64,000 nt of DNA from positions 96,001-160,000 of the forward strand of contig CAWJTV010000034.1 of NCBI GenBank assembly GCA_963845755.1, given 5' to 3'. Below the pieces are notes generated by a model that searched no databases, was not told the origin of the DNA, and saw nothing but the letters and a program-made list of their open reading frames with translations. The translations under genes and the position numbers were made by a program. The stretch comes from an uncultured Planctomycetota bacterium (lineage in GTDB: Bacteria; Planctomycetota; Planctomycetia; Isosphaerales; Isosphaeraceae). Of this stretch, positions 22,557 through 31,686 are shown piece by piece (the stretch's first letter is position 1; every line of letters starts with the position of its first letter).

Positions 22557-23682
22557 TCACGGAGAGAGACCGCGGATCTCCGCTTCCTCCCAAGCGACGT
22601 ACTTCTCAGGATCCTTCCAGAACTTAACCCACGCGGAGTTCAGGAGCGAATGAACTTCGTCGGATGTGCCCGGCTCCGCCAGCCGACAGTTGACCGCGGA
22701 CGTGCCTTCCCGTGCGAGACGTACGATGCCGTCGATCAGATGGTCCGGGTAGCAGCGGTGATACTCCGGTTCCGGTTTTTGCGCCAGTTTCCGCGAGGAG
22801 CTCACACCACTTCACGGAGATCGCCGACGCTTCGACGCCGAAGCCGCCAAGTTTCAGGGCGCTCAGCATCGCCCTCATGCGGGCATCATCGGCGGGGTGA
22901 GAGGCCGCTCGGAACACCGGCACTTCGAATGGATCGTCGCCCCGCTTCGCTGTCAGGTGTAGATGAGACCAAGCGTATGCCGGCCCAAGGGTGTTCACGG
23001 CGAAGAGGTCGCAGAAGAACTCCTCGGTCCAGATCTTCACCCACGACTCGCGCCACTTCCTGAGCATGAACGCCGGTCGCTCGGGGCCGCGTCTTCGAGC
23101 TTCCTTCGCGACCTCCCCTGCGATGTAGGACAGCGCCTCCGACATCGCGTTGAAGACCGCCTCTTGATAAGGCTCGACGATCGGATCGTCTTCCTGCTGA
23201 GCGAGAGGATGGCCGAGCTCATGATAGAGGTCGGGGAGGTGGAGGAGGAATCTACCCTCCGTGAGCGGAACGAAGAGAAGGTTGAGCTCGGTGTTGACGC
23301 AGAAGTACTGCTGCGAGAGTGATGAGACGACGGGAGCGGCGAGCGGATACTGGATCTCTCGTCGGATCTTCTCGAGCAGTTGGGTGAGATGGTGATCGTC
23401 CCCCGCTGCACGACTCAGCGCGGCGATGCCGGTGCTTTCCAGGATGTCCAGGTCCGAGACGATCCGGCGGAAGGCCCTGAACCGCTCCGGCTGATTCGCG
23501 GGATCGAGGTAGTCCGCATCTTCAAGCAGAGAGCGGAGCTGATGCAGGTGGTCCTGGATCTTCCTGTGGCAGGTTTGAGAGAGCGCGTCGTAGTCCCTCG
23601 GCAGGCGCCGCGGGATCTTCGCGACGAGATGCCTCGCACGGGCGATGAGTTGGTGGGTTAACCCGGTCAGATAGTCGTTCAC
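22557..23682 (-). CDS. Zinc metallopeptidase-like protein, HExxH, ~375 aa (frameshift near 22775)
   Basis: LYHELGH (~23209-23223), EEFFCDLFA, SHP; C-terminus in ORF 22557-22805; GTGA overlap with the upstream gene. Confidence 0.75.
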
Positions 23683-24044
23683 ACCCCGCGTCCCCTCATC
23701 TTGCTGAGGAGATCCGACCTCTCATGTTCGATCGCGAGTGCGATGTTCTCGAGGCGCTCGACGAGCGTCGGCTCCACGTCCCGAGAAAGCAGAGCATCGC
23801 CGAGCGCGGACAACTCTCGGGGGTTACCCGCTTCGTCTGCGTGGACGAGGACGGCGAACACCTGCGATGCAAGGCTCTTAGCGTCGCCTCTTCCCGCCGC
23901 GATCAGAAGGTCGGCGAGCCGTTTTCTCCTGGGGTCAGAGGGCACACTCTTCCCGACCTTCAAACGCAAGATCACCTCGTCGAGAAGCTCGCCGTACTCA
24001 CGCACCCGGGAGTAGAGCCCGGAATACAGCCCGGAATGGCTCAT
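23679..24044 (-). CDS. 121-aa hypothetical, probably helical protein, Argonaute-associated
   Basis: ATGA overlap with the pAgo stop and GTGA overlap with the next gene. Confidence 0.8.
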   Translation of the reverse strand: MSHSGLYSGLYSRVREYGELLDEVILRLKVGKSVPSDPRRKRLADLLIAAGRGDAKSLASQVFAVLVHADEAGNPRELSALGDALLSRDVEPTLVERLENIALAIEHERSDLLSKMRGRGV

Positions 24045-26404
24045 GAGTGGACCTCCTCTGACTCTTCAAAATCGAGAGCGTCAGCGTCGTACTCGCTTGC
24101 GTCCTCGCCGAGCCGGCGATCGGTTAGCTTGAGGGTGATCGGATACCGAGTGCAGTCCTCCGGCCTCGTCCAGGCGAGAGCGGTGAGGTCATAGAGGTCC
24201 TCGAGGGGAGCTCTCGAAGTCCAGACTCCCCTCGACGTACCGGAGGTGGAGCGGCTGCACCGTCCCGTTCCGGCTGAACGCTCGCCCGGTGGCACAGAGG
24301 TATGCATCGTCTCCGCCGGCAAAGTGGTAGCACCCAACCTGAGGGTTGGTCACGAAATCGCGGTGGCCGTTCGAGGTGGAGACGTCGAAGAGCCTGAGAC
24401 TCGTGCGCGATGTCTTCCAGATCTCGAGCATCGTGATCGTGGCGTCCGGCTCGATCGTGCCGTCTTTCTCCAGCTCCGCGAACGCCCGCTTGAGCCCTTC
24501 GCGTTCGGATGACCAGAGGCGCCCATCTCGGTGGATGACGATGTGCCGAATCGGAGTGCCGGTTGCCGCCTCCTCCTTGATGATCTCCGCGAAGTACTTC
24601 TTCACCTGATCGGCGAGGAGACGTTCCTTCTGCCGAGACTCGTGGCACCGAGTCCGGACAAGGCTTCCGTTGCCGGCCACGACGGTGAAACCTGCGGTGT
24701 TCTGCTTGACGTCTATTCCGACCGTGACGTCGGCGTGGAGCGGCGTCGAGAGTACGAACGGCCACTTCTCGTTCGTGAGAAGGATCTTGTTCAGCGCGAC
24801 GTTCCGGAGGTAGCCGGAGAACTTGCCACGCTTGTCGTTCCGGACTCGGTTGAACGGCCTTCCGTCTCTGCCGTGCGCGAGCTCGTAGCATTCGCGGCCC
24901 ATCGCCGAGTGATTGACGGCGGCGTACACGTCGAGCTTCCTCAATTCTCTTACGACCATCGCGGCGAGTTGATCGTGCTGCCGATGCCGACGATCGCTCG
25001 TGTGATGGATCATGACGAGCGCGAAGCCGTCTTTTTTGCAGTGCTCCTCGGCAGCCGCACGAATTGCATTCCCTTGGTCGACGAATGTCTTCGGACCACG
25101 GTCGTTGTACGGCACCACGATCGGGTCGTACCCGCCGCCCTGCGGATAGAGTTCGTCTACGACCCGCTTGAGATCCGTAAGGAACTCACCGCCCCAGCTA
25201 TCCGCGACGCTCTGCGGGAGGAAGAGGTATTGCCTGTCCAGCCTGTCGCGCGAGTAGAAGCCCGCGCCCAAGTCGCGGAGGAGCTCGGCCCGGGTCCGTC
25301 CGATCATGTCGAGCGAGGCTTGCTGCGCCCGGGCGTTCCGCGGATCGAGACGATCCGATCGTTCCCGAACTCGTAGTCGGGGAGGACGAACATCTTGTGA
25401 GGGACGCTGACCGGGACCGGAGATACATCCAGCACGAACTCGCCGAATCTGAGCCGGCGGAGGAACTGTGCGGCGTAGCGATGGATCCCTTCGCGACGCT
25501 CGTGCGGCCTGAGGATCGTTCCGCCGTGATGCCGACCTGCTTCCTCGAACTTCGTGTCGATCACCGGATAGCAGAGCCCAGCCGGCGCACCCCTCAGTTC
25601 GCCCTGATTGCTCATGTAGGAGACGACGGATGCGTTGTTCGGGAGGTTTGCAAGCTCCTCGGGGACCGGCTTCTCGGTCTCGGCGAGAATGTAATCGAGG
25701 AGCGTAACGCGCGTACCGTTACGTTGGATGAGAATCTCGCTCGCGGTCAGGTCGTTGAATTCGTGGAGGTGGACGACGTACCACCGATGGCCGTAGCGGT
25801 AGACGCAACGGCTTCCGCGCCATCGCCTAAAAGCCGCCCGGTCCATGTGGAGCGGGAGCGGCTGGCGACTCGCAAGCCTGTGCTTGACGTTAACGCAGAG
25901 CCCGATTCCCCCGTCTGGCGTGACGATCGCTCGGACGGAAAAGCCCGGGTAGCGGACGACATTCCCGGAGAGGATCGTCGGGGTCTTCTCGAAAAACGGC
26001 TCTCCGGAGCCAGGCTGCCACAGAGTCGAGTTGGAGTTGAGCGGCGTCTGGACGGTGAAGTTCACAAACCGGAGGCAGATCTCGTCGTTCTCCGGATTCC
26101 GCTCGGTATAGTCGAGCGTCCTCACTCCGGGGACGCGATCGAAGTACACTGTCCGCCGCACGAGTTGATACGGACTCGGCGGCTCTGGTGCGTCGTCGCG
26201 CAGCACGAGGTACGGTTCGCCTTCGCGCTCGACAACCGTCGCTGGCGTGTGAGTCGCGTAGCTCATCCTCCGGGCGATGATCTGGCGGTTCTGGTGGTAC
26301 TCCGACTGCTCCGAGTGGAGGCCTCGAATTCGGTACAGGCGGTAGCTCGAGGAGAGCTGGGCGATGTTCGTGATCGGGAAGACGTTTGTCTCGAGCTTGC
26401 TCAT
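24041..26404 (-). CDS. ago: Long prokaryotic Argonaute, ~787 aa, with DEDD tetrad (frameshifts near 25320 and 24205)
   Basis: PIWI motifs WPFVL..VGIDVK, QKERL, IVIHRDG, GTVQPL, DLTALAW..YPITLKLTD; N/PAZ region in ORF 25304-26482. Confidence 0.92.
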
Positions 26405-27335
26405 ACATCGTCCTCCCAGCACATCACGCGATAGGAGCAGCGCTGGCACGCTTCTGGCGAGGCCGCGACCGGAAAATCGCATGGTCGGAGATCCGTGCTC
26501 TTTCGCCCGTCGAGGACAAGGAGCATGTCCGTCGCGGTCGCGGCGATGTGGGCGTCGATATCCGCGGCGTCATCCTCTGCGAGGGCGTAGGATCGCGTTC
26601 GTCCCAGCAGCAGTTGTACCTCGAGCAGGCGGACGTCCAAGGGTTGCCAGCGTGACATCGACTCCGGGAAGTCCTTGTGGGCGTTGCATCGACATAGCGC
26701 GAGCGCATATGTGGCGAGCTGAAGCCTCGCCTCCTGAACGCCGAACGCGTGCACCTTCCAGTCAACGATGAGAGGTGGTGCATTCTCGTAGAACGCGATG
26801 AGGTCGGGAACGGCTCGCACGGTCATCCCGGAGTGCTTGAACATCAGGGCGGCGTTGCGCGACCAGGTAGCTCGCTGCTTTCAGCTCCGCGGCGAGCTCT
26901 CTCATCTGAAAGAGGTTCTTCAGCGCGAGCTCGACCTCGGTCCAGGCGACGTTGATTTCCTCCTCATTGAGGGTCCCTTCGTAGGCCAACGAGTAGAAGG
27001 CGACGAAATCATCTCCCTCCTTGGTGGGGATGAGATCGAGATCGTCGAGGCGCTGCGTGCGGCCGTACGCGAGCTGCCCGTCAAAGAGCTCCCGCGCCCT
27101 CTTGACGGCCAACTGGAGCGTCACGGTCCTGCGCTCGCAACTGCGGGACGATGAATGAGCTGATGACGTCGTTAACGATGTTTCCACGCCACGAACTTAG
27201 GCTCTGGAGCTTGCCGAGCAGATATGCCCGCCGGCGCTCGCGGTCGTTCGCCCTGTGACTCGCGAGGACGTTCTTGAAGTACCACTGACGCTGGCATCTC
27301 CTAAACGTCTTGCTCTCCGAGATCGACCAATACAT
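26401..27335 (-). CDS. PD-(D/E)XK nuclease, Cas4/AddB/RecB-like with 4 Cys, ~310 aa (frameshifts near 27130 and 26850)
   Basis: WSIS..F..CQRQWY, VPDLI, IVDWK, QLATY, CQRCSYRVMC. Confidence 0.88.
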
Positions 27336-27694
27336 CAGCGCTTCCTCCCCGCATGCTTCGAGCGGAGGAAGGCGAGATAGTCCGCGAGGGCATCCTCCTC
27401 CTCTTTGGTCGTGGGGCCGAGGCGGGCCGAGAGCCGCGAAGCTGATTCACGTCGCTTGGTCGGCCCGGGTACAGGATATCCCGCGTACTCGAACAGGGTC
27501 TCGTACGGGACCTCATAGAGCTCGCTCAGCTTGTGGAGGTGCGCCGGGGAGGGCTCGCGGATCTTCCCGGTTTCAAGCTGGCTGAGATACGCGTTTGAGA
27601 TCCCGGTCTCAGCCTCGACGGCGCGTAGGGACAGGCCCTTCGAGCGGCGTAGCACGGCGAGGAATGAGCCAAGGCGATTGGGTTCGGTTGACAT
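27335..27694 (-). CDS. XRE-family HTH transcriptional regulator, 119 aa
   Basis: LRRSKGLSLRAVEAETGISNAYLSQLETGK..PS; TGATG overlap with the nuclease gene. Confidence 0.92.
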   Translation of the reverse strand: MSTEPNRLGSFLAVLRRSKGLSLRAVEAETGISNAYLSQLETGKIREPSPAHLHKLSELYEVPYETLFEYAGYPVPGPTKRRESASRLSARLGPTTKEEEDALADYLAFLRSKHAGRKR

Positions 27695-27740
27695 GATGCT
27701 AAGTTTGCCAAGCACGCTCCGGATGTCAAGCACTCGCTCC
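27695..27740 (-). promoter_or_regulatory. Sigma70-like promoter, probably leaderless, with overlapping direct repeats
   Basis: TTGACA (27729-27724), 16 nt, CAAACT (27707-27702), 7 nt, then ATG; no SD; repeats GGAGCG(AG)TGCTTG. Confidence 0.55.
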
Positions 27741-27877
27741 GCGGATGGTTCCTCGCCTGCGGAGATTTCTCGCGGTTCGCGTGGACGACGAACGTCACAC
27801 GCGGCCTGGTATGCGAGGCGCACAAACTCCCTGTCGCCGAAGCGGCAGCTCTCGGGGTGCTTGCATTGCTCCGCCGA

Positions 27878-28096
27878 TTATGACTCGTGCTTGGCAACCG
27901 GCTTGCCCGCCCGCCCGTTCACGGGCCGCTGCGGCTTCTTCCGGTAGAGTCGGGAGGACTCGAAGTAGCCGTACCGATCCGTGTACGGATCGTCCTCGGC
28001 GACGTAGAGTCCCTCGATGACGCTCTTCATCCGGAGCGGCTTGTCGGCAGGAAGGAGGACGCCGGCGATCTTCTTCTTCGGCGTTTCAGAGGCCAT
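27878..28096 (-). CDS. 72-aa basic hypothetical protein
   Basis: AAGGAG RBS 8 nt before ATG; starts 14 nt after the patatin gene stop. Confidence 0.6.
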   Translation of the reverse strand: MASETPKKKIAGVLLPADKPLRMKSVIEGLYVAEDDPYTDRYGYFESSRLYRKKPQRPVNGRAGKPVAKHES

Positions 28097-28461
28097 CGGC
28101 GTATCTCCTTTCAGTTGAAGAGCTTGCGGATCACGTTTTCCCAGACGAGCAATCGCTCGAGCACCTCAGAACGAAGGTTCGCGCCGGCGAGGTCGGAAGG
28201 CGATCCGGGCTCCTCTAACCAGTTAGTATCGGCAAGAGGCGTCACGGAGTCAATGGACAAAGTCCCAATCGGCTCGCTCCCGGGTTGCTTTTCCGCCTCA
28301 GGATGATCCCAGATTGGCACGCTGAGCATCGACTTGCGGTGATCTGGGACGCGGCGGTGCTGCTCCGCGGTCATCCTCCATGGCGTTGGGTTGACCGCAG
28401 CGGCGCTCGAGGTCGTGCAAGCAGGCCGCCTTGCGCTCCACGCCCGTCCGCTGCATCCGGC

Positions 28462-30042
28462 CAGTGAGTTCAGGGTTTTCCTCTGGCTCTAGGGGGCCCC
28501 GTCTTTTGCTCATGTGCTTGCTGGAGAACCCGGTAGGTTGACGTATGGTTGCCGAGCACACGCTTCTTGACTTTCTGATGACCGCCACGGCCGGAGCTGG
28601 GCGCTTTCCACCAACGGTCGCTCCAGGCGCGCGCAACCGCTCCCGCAAGTACGTGCGCACCTCACTCGCCGTCGGCACGGCGCCCAGCAACGACAGCAAC
28701 GTCTTGACCTCAACCAACTCGCTGACCGACACCATTTGCCGCTCCACGTCACCGAAGAGCTTCTCGTTGGAGATCGCCTTGGCCTCACACTCTTGATGCG
28801 ATGCCAGGTGCGTCCGCACGACTTGCAGGGCGTTGTACAGCAGCAGGCAGAACGACAACTGGAACAGGACCGCCTTCGGCTGCGTGCCGATGAGGTGCTT
28901 CAGCGAGAACACGTCGGTGATCTGCTGGAAGACCGTCTCCAGACCCCAGCGACTCTGATACGTCGAGAGCATCGCCACGGCGGGATACGTCGTCTCGTCC
29001 AACAGGTCGGTGATCACGCCGAACTCCTTGCCGTCGGCCAGATGCTTGGTGATCCGGCGCACGTACACGCGGTCGGCCTTGGCGACCTTGCCCAGCCAGC
29101 CCCACTCCTGCACGATCCGGCGCCCGTCGGCGTCGCGGGTCTCCTGCGCCGGCCGGGACGCATCGGGAACGAACGTCGTATTGCTGCAGTAGCGGATCAG
29201 GAAATGGCCGCCGGCCTTCAACACCTCCCGGGGAAAACTCAGGTTGCAGTAGAGTCGGTCCAGGACCACCAACCACAACTTCTCCGGCCGGCCAGCGCCG
29301 CCAACTTCGGCAGCAGGCCCTCGGTGAGAGCCGCTTCACCGGCTTCGCCGTCGAGGTGGCCCACCATCGCGACGGCCAGGCCCGTCCGCAGGTCCAAGCC
29401 CACCGACGCCCGCGCACCGAGGATCCCCGCCTGCAAGCCGCGCAACGGCTTGAGGAGCCGGCGAACGTGCTTGATCGCCTTGCCGTCGGCCCCGAAGACT
29501 TCGAACCCGGCCCAACACGCCGGCAACGGCTCCACGGCCAGGGTCTCAGGCAGGACCGCGTTGAGCCGCTGGGTGCCTTCGGCGAGCAGGGCCTCGCTGA
29601 GGGGCAGGGGCAGGTTCCCCAACTTGTCATAGGACGAGGTGATCGAGACCGGCAGCGTGCCCTGTTCCTGGGCCCGCGTGAAGGCCTGGTAGCCACTCCC
29701 CTCGTGCTCGATCAAGGCATCGGTGATCAGATGGGCCAGCGTGCGGAACTTCAACTGCTTCTCGAAGCAGGGCCCGCGATTTCGCGCCCAGAGATCATCC
29801 AGCCACGAATCCGCCATCGCGTAGTGCAGCAACCGCCACACCGAGTCGGCCAGAGGAAGCCGACTCAGCACCTCGGCGGCAAACGGGGTGTCGTTGAGGA
29901 CCGAAGGACTCCGGACGGCTGCGGAAAAGACGGCGACCTCCATAACCGAAGGACTCCTGAGAGGACCGAAGGTGCAATCCGATGGGTATTTATGATACGG
30001 ACCTCGGATCCGCGGTGGAACGCCAAGACCCTGAACTCACTG
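28462..30042 (-). mobile_element. IS4-family insertion sequence, 1581 bp
   Basis: 15-bp IRs CAGTGAGTTCAGGGT (28462-28476 / 30028-30042); 12-bp TSD GCTGCATCCGGC (28450-28461, 30043-30054). Confidence 0.93.
28480..29943 (-). CDS. IS4-family DDE transposase (frameshifts near 29285 and 28625; end approximate)
   Basis: GADGK, VLDRLY, YQSRWGLETVF (YREK-like). Confidence 0.88.
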
Positions 30043-31625
30043 GCTGCATCCGGCGGTCTCGGCGATCTCGAGCGTGTGGTCGGAATCCATCTCATTCGTC
30101 GCCGGGTCGAACATTCCGAACGAGTAGGTGACTATCCTCGTCGGCGTACCGTCGTCGAAGGTCCGACCGGTCCGTAGCATGATGTGTGTCCGGACGTCCT
30201 CTGCGTCGGTGCTTGATTCGATATCCTGTGCCACGGCGAATAAGACGGCTTCGAAGAGCTTGGGGTCACCGTAGCGTGCTTGCAATTGACGCTGGATGAC
30301 CCCCTCCCGGATCTCGGTCTGGCCGAGGCCGTGCACTCCGAGTTGGTGGACGAAGTCCTCGGCCTGGTTATGGCGTTGAAGGATCTCGAGGTTGTCGAGG
30401 AACTCGCTCGACTGGTGGTAGCCGAGATTGAAGAGCTTGCGCCGACCATCGAGGCCGATCTTGAAGTCGAGGACGTCGAACTTGTTCGGGATGCGAATGG
30501 GGACGTGGATCACGTCCTTCAGGACCTTGCGGAGGAGCTCATCCCCAGCGTCGAGCGCGGTTGACACCATGTCCTTGAGAAACCGCTTGAGGTCGTAGTT
30601 GGTCGCGGCTTCGGGGGAGGCCTCTGAAGTCAGGTCGAACGCGAATACCGGGTGTCTTGTCCGCTGCTGCTCGTCGTGAAAGAGGAATGCGGGGAGGTTG
30701 CTCGCCAAGCCTCCGTCAACGAGCCAGCACTGGCGGTTCCGGTCTACCGGCTGAAACACGAACGGGTAGCAGGTGGACGCACGAACGGCGTCCAGCACCG
30801 AGCTGCCGTAGAGCGTCTCGTCCTTCGAGAACACGACCGGTTGACGACGAGAGACATCCGACGCGACGATCTTCAGGGGGAAGCAGCGGCGACCATTGCT
30901 CCGGACAGCCTCGAAGGCAGCTAGGCTCGCGAAACTGATGTCGCTCGCTTCATCGAGTGACGGGAGCTTGGCAGCGATCTTCTTCAGGAGGAAGACCTTG
31001 AGCACCTGACCATCATCAACTCCGAACCGTTCCATGAGCGTCTGCTTCAGAGTCCCGTAGCCGAGGTACGCGCCGAGTGCCCGCGCGACCGAGCCCAGCT
31101 TGCCGAATAGGCCCTTCTCTAGGCCCCCAACGACGGCGCCAATCTGGGACTTGAACGCTTCGACGTGTTTGCCGTTGTCGTTGAGGAGGCTCGTGAACTC
31201 TGTACCTACGAGGATGTCCTCGATCTCTTGTCCGCTGTAGCCCACCGCGGCGAGCGTCGCGATGACGCTCCCCGCAGACGTGCCGCCGAAGCCCACGAAC
31301 TCGACTCGCTTCCGCTCTGCAGCCTTGAGGGCTCCGGCGAGCGCCGCTCCGAGGACACCACCACCGTCGAAAATCGCATAGGCTTTCATCAGTTCGGTAT
31401 TCCTGCTCTTTCGCTTCGTGGCGCCCTTCGAGGTTGACAGTTCAGTACCCATCGGTCGCGAAGACGTGCTCGACGTACAGGTCGTGTTGACGCTCCAGCA
31501 GGCGGAGACAAATGGACATCTCCTCGATCCAGACGAGTTGACGAGCAGCCGGTCGTACCGTTCGGGGAGCGACGACACCGTGTAGCATGATCGGCAATGC
31601 GGAGACTCCCTCGTGCAGACGCTCC

Positions 31626-31662
31626 GGAAAAGGTTCCGAAAGAGGTAGTGGAGACCTTTTCC
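31626..31662. terminator. Hairpin just downstream of the SBP56 stop
   Basis: GGAAAAGGT-TCC...GGA-G-ACCTTTTCC; no clear U-tract. Confidence 0.3.
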
Positions 31663-31686
31663 TCGCGGGGGGCATGATGTGATTTG

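Larger units (their letters stand above)
28111..31389 (-). pseudogene. Patatin-like phospholipase with C-terminal GAF-like domain, interrupted by an IS (561 aa when restored)
   Basis: DGGGVLG, GTSAG, DGG; removing the IS and one TSD copy gives in-frame AGCS-GRAW...SMLSVPI...IGTLSIDS. Confidence 0.85.
22018..31686. mobile_element. Genomic (defence) island inserted at the SBP56 3' end; no integrase seen
   Basis: Flanking direct repeat, defence-type cargo, all genes on one strand. Confidence 0.7.

Noticed and set aside
24189..25307. Short (MID-PIWI only) or split pAgo
   Set aside because: No RBS or start for the fragment; the upstream ORF supplies N/PAZ and continues across a frameshift, and frameshifts are common throughout the window.
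26401..27335. Cas4-like gene as evidence of CRISPR-Cas
   Set aside because: No cas1/cas2 and no repeat-spacer array seen anywhere in the window.
28111..31389. CBASS call based on the patatin gene
   Set aside because: No CD-NTase or Cap2/Cap3 genes nearby.
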